The position numbers and the translations under genes are program-made. DNA of 64,000 bases from Candidatus Multivoradales bacterium (lineage in GTDB: Bacteria > Acidobacteriota > Thermoanaerobaculia > Multivoradales > J023): contig CBDFLE010000006.1 in assembly GCA_965248925.1 (NCBI GenBank), forward strand, positions 1,792,001 through 1,856,000, in the 5' to 3' direction. This document shows, piece by piece, positions 49,547-58,390 of the stretch. The notes under the pieces were generated by a model. That model did no database searches. It worked only from the letters and a program-made list of their open reading frames with translations, and was not told the DNA's origin. Position 1 is the first letter of the stretch. Every line of letters starts with the position of its first letter.

Positions 49547-50272
49547 TTAAGCTGAGAGCTGGGCACAGACCACTGAGCCGATCCGTTCGCCAGACGCTAC
49601 GCGACGGATGTTGCCTTTCTGCTGCAGGCCGAAAAGCACGATCGGCAGATCGTTTTCCCGGCACAGGCTGATCGCCGCCGCGTCCATAAAGCGCAGATTC
49701 CGCTCAAGTACCTGCTGGTAGGTAACCGCTGGCAACAGAACCGCGTCGGGATCGAGCCGTGGATCGGCGGTGTATATCCCGGCAACACTAGTCGCCTTGA
49801 GCAGCACGTCGGCGCCAATTTCGTTGGCGCGCAGGGCGGCCGCGCTATCGGTGGTGAAATACGGGCTGCCGGTGCCGGCGGCAAAAATCACCACCCGCTT
49901 CTTCTCCAAGTGACGCACCGCCCGACGACGAATGAACGGCTCCGCCACTTCGCGAATCTCGATAGCGGTCTGCACCCTTGTATCCACGTCGCGCTTCTCC
50001 AACGCATCCTGCAGCGCGATAGCGTTGATCACCGTCCCCAGCATCCCCATATGGTCGCCAGCGACGCGATCGATACCGGCCTGGCTGGCAGCCAGACCGC
50101 GAATGATGTTGCCACCACCGATGACGATCGCCAGCTCGACGCCAAGGGCGCAAACTTCCTTCAGCTCATCAGCGACCGAGCCCACGATGTCAGCGTCCAA
50201 GCCGAAGCTCTTCTGTCCCATCAAAGCTTCGCCGGATAGCTTCAGCAGAACACGGCGATACGCGACGGGCAT
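49547..50272 (-). CDS. pyrH: Uridylate kinase
   Basis: [13 protein letters not shown]; GGGNI.RG; [13 protein letters not shown]. Confidence 0.98.
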   Translation of the reverse strand: MPVAYRRVLLKLSGEALMGQKSFGLDADIVGSVADELKEVCALGVELAIVIGGGNIIRGLAASQAGIDRVAGDHMGMLGTVINAIALQDALEKRDVDTRVQTAIEIREVAEPFIRRRAVRHLEKKRVVIFAAGTGSPYFTTDSAAALRANEIGADVLLKATSVAGIYTADPRLDPDAVLLPAVTYQQVLERNLRFMDAAAISLCRENDLPIVLFGLQQKGNIRRVASGERIGSVVCAQLSA

Positions 50273-50286
50273 TCGACGTCCCCCGC

Positions 50287-50940
50287 TCAAGCGCCCGCTT
50301 GTACAGCGGCTACCTCAGCGGCGAAGTCTTCCTGCTTCTTCTCAATGCCTTCGCCAAGCTTGAAACGAGCAAAGCGGCGGATCTGGATGTTCTCACCAAT
50401 CTTGGCCACCTTCTCGGTGATCATCTGGCCGATGGTCTTGTCCGGATCCTTGACGAAAGGCTGTTCCATCAAGACGTTCTGAGAGTAGTACTTCTCCAGT
50501 TTGCCCTCGACGATGCGGTCGACGATTTTCTCCGGCTTGCCACTGGCCAAGGCCTGCTCGCGAAAAATCTCCCGCTCGCTATCGAGATCGGCCTGAGTGA
50601 CCTCTTCCCGCCGCAGGAAGCGCGGATCGCTGGCGGCGATATGCATGCCTATGTCCCGCACCAGCGCCTGGAAATCATCGGTGCGACCCACGAAGTCGGT
50701 CTCGCAGTTGATCTCGACGAGCACACCGATCTTGCCACCGGCGTGAATGTAAGAACCCACCACGCCCTCGGCAGCCACTCGGCCAGCCCTCTTCGCGGCC
50801 TGAGAAAGACCCTTCTTGCGCAGCAACTCAACCGCCTTGTCGATCGAGCCTTCAGCTTCTTGCAAGGCAGTCTTACACTGCATCATCGGGGCGCCAGTCG
50901 CTTGCCGCAGCTCCTTGACCATCTGAGCGGTAACCTGCAT
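50287..50940 (-). CDS. tsf: Elongation factor Ts (short form)
   Basis: VKELR..TGA.MM.CK.AL; EINCETDFV. Confidence 0.98.
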   Translation of the reverse strand: MQVTAQMVKELRQATGAPMMQCKTALQEAEGSIDKAVELLRKKGLSQAAKRAGRVAAEGVVGSYIHAGGKIGVLVEINCETDFVGRTDDFQALVRDIGMHIAASDPRFLRREEVTQADLDSEREIFREQALASGKPEKIVDRIVEGKLEKYYSQNVLMEQPFVKDPDKTIGQMITEKVAKIGENIQIRRFARFKLGEGIEKKQEDFAAEVAAVQAGA

Positions 50941-51103
50941 TTCTACTACTCCTCAGTAGCCCAGCCAAAGGGCCACGCAATCTCTTTGGGGTGACGCCTG
51001 GCATTTGCCAGACACAGCAAAAGGCCAGTGCTCTAAGAACTGACCTTTGCTTTCTGAGCGACCCACGGGCCGCACTAACGAAATTCCGGCCCGTGGCCCC
51101 TTC

Positions 51104-52048
51104 TCAGTTAGCGACTTCCGTACTCTCGTCGGCGGTCGCCTCGGGAGCGGCAGCGGCTTCGGCGGCAGCCGGTTTCGACGACTCCGCCTCTGGCACAGCC
51201 GCCTCGACCCCAGGGGCCACAGCTTCAACCGGCGCAGCTTCAACCGGCGCAGCTTCAACCGGCGCAGCTTCAACCGGCGCAGCTTCAACCGGCGCAGCTT
51301 CAACCGGCGCGGCTTCAGCGACCGCAGCCGGAGCCGCGTCCTTAGCCTCGATCATGCGCTCTTGCTGCAGCCTGCCAGCGCCCGCGAGATAGGCATCAGA
51401 AATCCGCGCCGCGAACAGTCGGATCGTGCGGATAGCGTCGTCATTGCCTGGGATGACGTAGTCGACCTTCTCCGGATCACAGTTAGTATCGACAATGGCG
51501 ATGACCGGGATACCAAGCTTGTTGGCCTCGGCGATAGCTATCGACTCCTTCTTCGGATCGACGATAAACAACGCATCGGGCAACTGATTGAGATCGCGCA
51601 CACCCGAGAGGTTACGATCGATCTTGGATCGCTCACGATCCATCCGCAGCAAGTCTTTCTTGGTCAGCTGCGACTCATCGTCGGCGAGCTTCTTCTCTAG
51701 CTCCTTGAGCCGCTCGACCGACTTGCGGATCGTAACGAAGTTGGTCAATGTGCCACCGAGCCAACGGTGGGTCACATAGTGCTGACCACAACGCGCAGCC
51801 TCTTGCGCCATCGGCTCCTGCGCTTGCCGCTTGGTGCCGACAAAGAGCAGCCGCCCACCCGAGGCGCCAAGACGCGCAACGTATTCCGCCGCTTCGCGGA
51901 AGTGCCGCAGGGTCTTCTGCAGATCGATGATGTAGATGCCATTGCGCTTACCAAAAATGTAGCGCCGCATCTTGGGGTTCCAACGACGGGTCTGGTGCCC
52001 AAAGTGGACACCAGCCTCGAGCAGGTCTCTCATGCTGACTTGAACCAA
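51104..52048 (-). CDS. rpsB: 30S ribosomal protein S2 with repetitive acidic tail
   Basis: LLEAGVHFGHQTRRWNPKM; IPGNDDAIR; TTG start. Confidence 0.98.
   Translation of the reverse strand: MVQVSMRDLLEAGVHFGHQTRRWNPKMRRYIFGKRNGIYIIDLQKTLRHFREAAEYVARLGASGGRLLFVGTKRQAQEPMAQEAARCGQHYVTHRWLGGTLTNFVTIRKSVERLKELEKKLADDESQLTKKDLLRMDRERSKIDRNLSGVRDLNQLPDALFIVDPKKESIAIAEANKLGIPVIAIVDTNCDPEKVDYVIPGNDDAIRTIRLFAARISDAYLAGAGRLQQERMIEAKDAAPAAVAEAAPVEAAPVEAAPVEAAPVEAAPVEAAPVEAVAPGVEAAVPEAESSKPAAAEAAAAPEATADESTEVAN
51221..51310. repeat. Perfect 15-bp tandem repeat x6 (coding APVEA in S2 tail)
   Basis: AGCTTCAACCGGCGC repeated six times exactly. Confidence 0.95.
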
Positions 52049-52060
52049 GGCAAGTCCTCC

Positions 52061-52453
52061 TTAGCGCTTGCTGAACTGGTAGCGAGCGCGGGCACCCTTG
52101 AGCCCGTATTTCTTACGTTCTTTCATTCGCGGATCACGGGTCACCAAGCCTTCGGTCTTGAGCCGCGGTCGCAGTTCGGAGTCGTACTCCATCAAGGCTC
52201 GGGTGATGCCGTGTCTAATCGCGCCAGCTTGGCCAGCGCTGCCACCACCGCGCACCGTGACCACAATGTCGAAAGTCTCGACGGTCTCGGTCAGCTGCAG
52301 CGGCTGCTTGACGACCATCTTCAACACCTCATTAGCAAAATAGGTGTCGATCGGCCGTTTGTTAATCGTGATATCGCCAGAACCCGGCTTCATGTAGACC
52401 CGCGCGGTCGCGTGCTTACGCCTGCCGGTTCCGTAGTGTATGAGTTCGCTCAA
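52061..52453 (-). CDS. rpsI: 30S ribosomal protein S9
   Basis: (TTG)[16 protein letters not shown]; ERKKYG...AR...QFSKR. Confidence 0.97.
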   Translation of the reverse strand: MSELIHYGTGRRKHATARVYMKPGSGDITINKRPIDTYFANEVLKMVVKQPLQLTETVETFDIVVTVRGGGSAGQAGAIRHGITRALMEYDSELRPRLKTEGLVTRDPRMKERKKYGLKGARARYQFSKR

Positions 52454-52469
52454 GAATCTCTCCCCTGCT

Positions 52470-52913
52470 CTAGAGCTTGGCGTCTGCCAACTCGAGGATA
52501 GTGGGCTGCTGAGAGGTATGGGGGTGCTCACCACCGGCATAGACCTTCAGCTTGGTGTAGAGGCGACGGCCAAGGCGATTCTTCGGCAACATACCCCGCA
52601 CTGCATGCTCGACCAGCCGGGTCGGGTGCGTTTGTCGCATCTTGCGCGCGGTGACCGTCTTCAGGCTGCCCGGGCGGCCTGAATGGCGATGGTAGACCTT
52701 TTGATCTTCCTTCTTCCCGGTCAGCACCACCTGCTCGGCATTGACCACGATGACGAAATCACCGGTGTCGAGGTGCGGCGCGAAGGTTGGCTTGTGTTTT
52801 CCCCGGAGGATACGCGCCACATTGGTCGACAGGCGACCCAGGTGCATCCCGGCGGCATCGACGACGAACCACTGGCGGTCGATTTCAGAGGCTTTCGGAC
52901 TGTACGTCTTCAT
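52470..52913 (-). CDS. rplM: 50S ribosomal protein L13
   Basis: W.VVDA....LGRL; LRGKHKP.F.PH.DTGD; GMLPKN.LGR. Confidence 0.98.
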   Translation of the reverse strand: MKTYSPKASEIDRQWFVVDAAGMHLGRLSTNVARILRGKHKPTFAPHLDTGDFVIVVNAEQVVLTGKKEDQKVYHRHSGRPGSLKTVTARKMRQTHPTRLVEHAVRGMLPKNRLGRRLYTKLKVYAGGEHPHTSQQPTILELADAKL

Positions 52914-53067
52914 AACGAGCGACTTCCGTAGGAGTCTCGGCAGATCTCGGTAGATCTCGCGACTATGCTATTCAGATCTCGGCTGTTTAGATCTCGAAAT
53001 GACGGGATCTGCCAACAACAGGAGTCGGCACAGTAGGGCCGTCCCCTCGCGTTGCGAAGGGCCGCTG

Positions 53068-53096
53068 AGCATATGCAGTGACTTGCACGCTGTCAA
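53068..53096 (-). promoter_or_regulatory. Putative sigma-70 promoter of rplM operon
   Basis: Minus strand TTGACA-17 nt-TATGCT. Confidence 0.75.
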
Positions 53097-53212
53097 GCAC
53101 TCTTCGCGACCGATTCGCGACGCGGCGAGGGCCGGCCAACGATACACTTGCCGGCACCGGCCCAGGGCCTGTCGGGAGCGGCAATCTACCCTGTTTTGAT
53201 GAGGAATCCACC

Positions 53213-54190
53213 ATGAAATCAGCCTGTGAGAAGCCGATGAACACTAAGCCCGCGGGAGAGCTGCGTACCAGCACCGTGTTAGATGGCAAGGAGGTTGCCG
53301 CCGAATTGCGGCACGAGGTCGCCATCGAGATCAAACAGCTAATCGCCGCTGGCCAGCGGCAGCCGCGGCTAGTCGCCGTGCTGGTGGGCGACGACCCGGC
53401 TTCGCAGACCTACGTTGCCAGCAAAGCAAGGGCTTGTAAGGAAGTTGGCATCGCCGGCCAAACTCTACGTCTAGCGGCTTCGATCAGCGCCGCTGAGCTG
53501 CTCGCCACCATCGATCAGCTAAACGTCGACGGATCCGTCGACGGCATCCTGGTGCAGCTACCACTGCCCCGGCAGATCGACGAAAGGACGGTTCTCGAGC
53601 GGGTCTCGCCAGAGAAGGATGTCGATGGTTTCCACCCGGTCAACATCGGCCGCCTGTGGCTCGGTCAGAGCGGGCTGACCCCAGCCACCCCGACCGGCAT
53701 TATCGAGCTGCTCCGCCGTTGCGACATCGAGATCTCCGGCCGCCATGCGGTGGTGGTTGGACGCAGCGCCATTGTCGGCAAGCCGATGGCCGGATTGCTG
53801 CTGCGCCACCATGCCACGGTGACCGTCTGCCACTCCCGCACCCGCGACCTGGAAGAGGTGTGCCGCAGCGCCGACATCCTGATCGCGGCGGTCGGCAGGC
53901 CGGCAATGATCGGGCCGCAGCACGTTCGCCAAGGCGCGGTGGTGATCGACGTCGGGATCAACCGAGTCGAGGACCTTCAGCGAGTGCGGGAACTCTATCC
54001 GGGAAACGAGCAGCGACTCGCCGGCTTCGAGCGCCGCGGCTACACGTTGGTGGGCGACGTCGATTTCCACCGTGTCGCGCCACGGACTCGCGCCATCACC
54101 CCGGTACCCGGCGGCGTCGGCCCGCTGACCGTGGCGCAGGTCATCGTCAACACTTTCCGCGCTTACCAGCGGCGCCAGGAACAATTTTGA
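53213..54190 (+). CDS. folD: Bifunctional methylene-THF dehydrogenase/cyclohydrolase
   Basis: VGDDPAS..YV..K; GILVQLPLP; KDVDGFHP; ITPVPGGVGPLT. Confidence 0.97.
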   Translation: MKSACEKPMNTKPAGELRTSTVLDGKEVAAELRHEVAIEIKQLIAAGQRQPRLVAVLVGDDPASQTYVASKARACKEVGIAGQTLRLAASISAAELLATIDQLNVDGSVDGILVQLPLPRQIDERTVLERVSPEKDVDGFHPVNIGRLWLGQSGLTPATPTGIIELLRRCDIEISGRHAVVVGRSAIVGKPMAGLLLRHHATVTVCHSRTRDLEEVCRSADILIAAVGRPAMIGPQHVRQGAVVIDVGINRVEDLQRVRELYPGNEQRLAGFERRGYTLVGDVDFHRVAPRTRAITPVPGGVGPLTVAQVIVNTFRAYQRRQEQF

Positions 54191-54804
54191 AACGGCTACT
54201 AGTCGGCCTGACCGGCGGCATGGCGAGCGGCAAATCAACCGTCGCCCAGTTACTCCGCGAGCACGGTTGCCAGGTCTTCGATGCCGACCGGCTAGTGGCC
54301 GAGCTCTACGCCCCCGACGAAGCCGGCGCCGCTGCGGTGGCCAAGCTATTCGGCTCTGACTTCTTGGATGCCGCGGGAGCGGTCGACAAACCTCGTCTCG
54401 CCAAGCTGATCTTTGCCGACAGCGAGGCCCGGCAGCAGCTCGAGGCGGCGGTCCACCCCTTGGTACGCCAACGCTTCGCCAAGATCGCCGCCGAAGCCAC
54501 TGGGGTAGTAGTCTACGAAGCCACCCTGCTGGTCGAGTCCGGCGCCGCCGCCAACTTCGACCTGGTGCTCTCCGTCGAAGCCGAAGCAGCCACCCGCCTA
54601 CGCCGCGCCATCGCCCGCGGCCTCGACCCAGCCGCCGCCCGCGCCCGCCTCAGCGCACAGGGCGACGGTAGCGAGCGCCGCGCGGGCGCGGACCTACTGC
54701 TGCAAAACAACGGGGGCATGGAAGAGTTGCGCGAGAAAGTCGCGGCGCTGGCCGCCGAGTGGTGGGGAAAAATCGATCCGCAAAACCGGGTGCCAGCCGA
54801 ATAG
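54187..54804 (+). CDS. coaE: Dephospho-CoA kinase
   Basis: (TTG)KRLLVGLTGGMASGKSTV; DAD; LE..VHP.V. Confidence 0.93.
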   Translation: MKRLLVGLTGGMASGKSTVAQLLREHGCQVFDADRLVAELYAPDEAGAAAVAKLFGSDFLDAAGAVDKPRLAKLIFADSEARQQLEAAVHPLVRQRFAKIAAEATGVVVYEATLLVESGAAANFDLVLSVEAEAATRLRRAIARGLDPAAARARLSAQGDGSERRAGADLLLQNNGGMEELREKVAALAAEWWGKIDPQNRVPAE

Positions 54805-54825
54805 TCCACCAGCCATCGAAGAGCC

Positions 54826-54903
54826 GTAGGGGCGCAAGGCTTGCGCCCGCGGTTCATTTTCAACGCGGTGAATCGTAGAGGGCGCACAGCCGTGCGCCCC
54901 TAC
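54826..54903. repeat. GTAG-family REP doublet (REPIN-like)
   Basis: GTAGGGGCGCAAGGCTTGCGCCC ... GGGCGCACAGCCGTGCGCCCCTAC: two palindromic units in inverted orientation, GTAG/CTAC ends. Confidence 0.8.
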
Positions 54904-54961
54904 ATCAAGGCGGGGCGCCAGCCGAACAACCCGCTCCCAAATAACCGGCGCGTCCCGCGCC

Positions 54962-57253
54962 TCAACCCTCCGGAGGGCGCTCCGCACCCACGGGCTCCGC
55001 CCGTCTGGATGCCGGCTCCGCCGGCCCTGGCGCAGGACCTAGAGCAAGGCGGAAGCCCAAGTAGTCGAAGCGGCCCGACGGGTGCCTGCAGTAGCGGCAA
55101 GCCGCACGCACGTCGCGTGCGCCGCTGCTCCACGCACCCCCGCGGATGACCCGGAAGGCGCCTTCGGAAGGTGATGAATAGTCGGGTCGCCAACGATCGT
55201 GGCACCACTCCCACACGTTGCCCAACATGTCATGCAAGCCCCAGGCGTTGGGTCGTTTCTGAGCAACAGGATGAGTCTCGCGAGAACTATTGTGCCGGTA
55301 CCAGGCGATCACATCGAGTTCTGGCGACTTACCCTGGGCATCAGCCGTGAAGGTTCCTTCATAGGTCGCCGTCGTGGTACCCGCTCGGCAAGCGTATTCC
55401 CACTCTGCCTCGGCAGGTAGACGAACGTCCAACTCTGGCGCGGCCTCGTTCACGGCCGCCAAGAAACTCTGGCAATCGTTCCAGCTCACGCGTTCGACTG
55501 GCCGATTCTTGCCCTTGAATTGACTCGGATTTGCCCCGCTCACAGCCTGCCAAAACGCTTGGGTTGTCGGTGTTTCAGCCAACCAGAAACCTCTCTTCAG
55601 AGTAACTTCGTGCTGGGGACCATCCTGGGCAAAGTGCCCCGGCTCTTCTTCCGGCGACCCCATCAGAAAAGTCCCCGGCTCGATCCAGCGAAATCGAACC
55701 TTCACCTGAGCGAAGCTGACCGTCTCCCAGCGGCCGTAGATATCTTGCCCAGAATCAACCACTCGAACCTTGAGTGAGCCAAGCCGCACAGCAAAGGAGA
55801 CCCGAGGCTGGAGACTCGGGGCCGGCTTCGTCGGCACTGTCTCCAGGGCCGGTTGCTCTTGGGCATGGCGCAAAGCAGCGCAGAACTCCTCGACTGTCGA
55901 ATAGCGTTGACCAGGATCAAATAGGGTGCCGCGCTTGAGAACCTGCTTGAGAGCCTCCGAGCAAGTGAGGGGGGCTATCACCGTGGCGGTAGCGTTGATT
56001 GCCGAGTGCGGCACCTGCTGGCCGCGAAGGGCGAAAATCGCCGTCATCGCCAGCGAGTACACATCTGCCGAAGCCTCGACGCGCTTGGCATCGATCAACG
56101 ATTCGGGAGCCGCATAGACGAAGGTGCCCATGGCTGCCTCAGTGCGAGTGTTGCCGGTGCTATCTCCACTCACTTTCACCAGGTCGAAATCGGTGAGTTT
56201 TCCCCTGCCATCGCCGTCGAACACAATGTTGGCAGGCTTGACATCGCGATGGACAATACCCCGAGCGTGAGCGTGCGTCAGCGCGTTGCCAACACTCAGG
56301 ATCACTTTCAAAGCCGCGGCCTCGGACCAGCGACCCCGTAGCCGGGCGTGTAGAAAATCGCCGCCTTCGAAATACTCCATCACGAAGTAATGAAAGCCCT
56401 CATCCTGGGCCTCGGACACGAGCACTCGCACGATCCCCGGATGCTCGCCCAAACGCACCATCTCCCGAGCGCCGCAGAAGAATCGGCGGCGGCGGCTCTC
56501 GTCGCGGGCGAACTGACCATGGAGCACCTTCACCGCGACCACTTGGCGCGTCTTGCGATGGCGGGCCCGCCAGACGGTGGCAAATCCACCCTGCCCGACC
56601 GGCACCTTCAACCGGTAGACACCGCCGAGGAGATCTCCAGGGCGCAGCTGAGCGCCCTCGCGCAAACGTCGCTTCAGCCGCCGGATGGTGCGCTCGACCG
56701 CTCCTGCTGGGCCGCCGGATTCGAGCAGAGCTTCGAGTTCTTCTTCAGCCTTCTCCAGCTGCCGCGAAAGCTTGAGGTGCTCCGGGGTCGGCGGCTCCAT
56801 CCCGGTCGAACCAATGAACTTCGGTAAGAGATCCGGATGTCGATCGCGCAGCAGCGCCACAAGGTTCCCCAGAGCCCAGGTCGAACCGATCTCAAGCGCC
56901 CCCTCGGCGCGGCGGCGTAGCTGGCACTCAGTCTCAGTGGAGATGTTGCAGGTGGCCGCCAAGCGGTAGACCTGCGCTGGCGAATCGCCAGGGTCTTGGA
57001 AGACTTCCTCAAGTGCTGCGAGAGCGGGTGTGGGGCCGAACTGCCGCACCCGCTTGCACTGAACCACCCACCGACGGCCATCAGGACCCACGCTGGCGAG
57101 ATCGACCCCGTGGTCAGCACCCGCGGCACCGGGGTTCGACACCGCGGTGTGACCTTCGGCTTCGAGCAAGGCGAAACACAGTTCCTCGAAGCGCTCGGGC
57201 GCGAGGCCCTCTCGCAAACGGTACTTGATCCAATCGTCGTTCGGTCCCGGCAT
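54962..57253 (-). CDS. Fusion: Mrr-like restriction endonuclease + Ser/Thr protein kinase + FGE-sulfatase (SUMF1/C-lectin-fold) domain
   Basis: FEELC..LL...G...D.GVDL...VVQCKR; GQGGFATV, VAVK, HRDVKPANI, TDFDL, APE; GTFLMGS, P.E.VSW.DC, RLP.EAEWEYACRAG, N.WGL.DM.GNVWEWC, RGGAW, GFRL. Confidence 0.88.
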   Translation of the reverse strand: MPGPNDDWIKYRLREGLAPERFEELCFALLEAEGHTAVSNPGAAGADHGVDLASVGPDGRRWVVQCKRVRQFGPTPALAALEEVFQDPGDSPAQVYRLAATCNISTETECQLRRRAEGALEIGSTWALGNLVALLRDRHPDLLPKFIGSTGMEPPTPEHLKLSRQLEKAEEELEALLESGGPAGAVERTIRRLKRRLREGAQLRPGDLLGGVYRLKVPVGQGGFATVWRARHRKTRQVVAVKVLHGQFARDESRRRRFFCGAREMVRLGEHPGIVRVLVSEAQDEGFHYFVMEYFEGGDFLHARLRGRWSEAAALKVILSVGNALTHAHARGIVHRDVKPANIVFDGDGRGKLTDFDLVKVSGDSTGNTRTEAAMGTFVYAAPESLIDAKRVEASADVYSLAMTAIFALRGQQVPHSAINATATVIAPLTCSEALKQVLKRGTLFDPGQRYSTVEEFCAALRHAQEQPALETVPTKPAPSLQPRVSFAVRLGSLKVRVVDSGQDIYGRWETVSFAQVKVRFRWIEPGTFLMGSPEEEPGHFAQDGPQHEVTLKRGFWLAETPTTQAFWQAVSGANPSQFKGKNRPVERVSWNDCQSFLAAVNEAAPELDVRLPAEAEWEYACRAGTTTATYEGTFTADAQGKSPELDVIAWYRHNSSRETHPVAQKRPNAWGLHDMLGNVWEWCHDRWRPDYSSPSEGAFRVIRGGAWSSGARDVRAACRYCRHPSGRFDYLGFRLALGPAPGPAEPASRRAEPVGAERPPEG

Positions 57254-57548
57254 CCTTCCCAACCTTGGAGCGAAGGATAACAGCCGGCGATAGAACGCCA
57301 AGTAACGTGCCAGCCGAAGAGTGCGGCGGATTCGATGCCCCCGGAATCTAGGTGCTACCGAACTAGGTGCCAACCGCGCACGCCCTCACATCAGGAACCA
57401 CCATCCGCGGTCACGGTTCCCCAGAGCAGATGGACCACAAGCTGCGGCTGGCTGGTTCCTGGCTCTTCTTTCTTCCGCGGGCTATGCTGATGGCACACCG
57501 GCCAATTAGTCGTCGTTCTGGACGGCGACCGGGCCAAGGAGATGCCCC

Positions 57549-57800
57549 ATGACTGTTGTGCAAGTGAAATTCGACACCGACGTGTTTTCGACCCTGCGCA
57601 AGTCTCCGCAGGAGGTTTCTGACGACATGCGTCGCGCAGCTGCAATCGTGTGGTACGCCCAGGGCACTATTTCCCAAGGAAAGGGGGCAGAACTTGCTGG
57701 GCTGAGCCGAGCGGAGTTCATTGATGCGCTCTCGGCTAGTGGCGTGTCGCCGGTTCAAGAGACCCTCGAAGAGATCCGGGAAACGCTCGCGCGTGAGTAA
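57549..57800 (+). CDS. UPF0175-family antitoxin
   Basis: AA..WY..G.ISQGKGAELAGLSR.EF...L; AAGGAG RBS. Confidence 0.85.
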   Translation: MTVVQVKFDTDVFSTLRKSPQEVSDDMRRAAAIVWYAQGTISQGKGAELAGLSRAEFIDALSASGVSPVQETLEEIRETLARE

Positions 57801-58278
57801 GTCCTTCGTCGTCAACGCTTCTCCCTTGATCCTGTTCTCGCGAATCGGTCGGCTGGACCTCTTGGTGGCCCTGGCGGACACCCTTGAGGTCCCGGCGGCG
57901 GTGATGGCTGAGCTTCAAGCTGGCGCCCACCATGACGACGCCGCTGAGGTTGTGCGGGGAGTCTCAGCGATTCGCATCGTACCGGACCTCGAAGTAGCCG
58001 AGGAAGTGAAGGCTTGGAGGCTTGGACCCGGAGAGTCTCAGGTTCTATCCCACGCCCTGCGATCTGGCGAAAACGAAGCGGTCTTGGACGATCGCGCAGC
58101 CAGGAGATGCGCCCAATCCCTAGGTATTGCGCTGATCGGTACCCTCGGAGTAGTGATCAAGTGTCGGCATCTGGGCCTCATCCCAGCGGCCCGACCGATA
58201 GTAGAGAGCTTGAGCAAAGCCGGAATCCGTTTAGTGCCTGCTCTGCTCGACGCAGCACTAGAAGAAGTGGGGGAGTGA
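57793..58278 (+). CDS. DUF3368-family PIN-domain toxin
   Basis: VVNASPLI...I..LDLL; LG.GE; LDD..AR..A..LG....GTLG; GTG start overlapping the antitoxin end. Confidence 0.88.
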   Translation: MSKSFVVNASPLILFSRIGRLDLLVALADTLEVPAAVMAELQAGAHHDDAAEVVRGVSAIRIVPDLEVAEEVKAWRLGPGESQVLSHALRSGENEAVLDDRAARRCAQSLGIALIGTLGVVIKCRHLGLIPAARPIVESLSKAGIRLVPALLDAALEEVGE

Positions 58279-58289
58279 AACAACCCTCG

Positions 58290-58330
58290 GCCGCCAACCA
58301 GCCGCCAACCGGCCGCCAACCAGCCGCCAA
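58290..58330. repeat. 11-bp tandem repeat (GCCGCCAACCR) x3.7, intergenic
   Basis: GCCGCCAACCA GCCGCCAACCG GCCGCCAACCA GCCGCCAA. Confidence 0.8.
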
Positions 58331-58390
58331 TGCCAACCGGAATGCCAGACCGGTCCGTAGGGGCACTAGCCGAGTAGTCCGCTCCACCCC

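Noticed and set aside
57491-57506. TGGCAC as a sigma-54 promoter for the TA pair
   Set aside because: No GC at the -12 position (TGGCACACCGGCCAAT)
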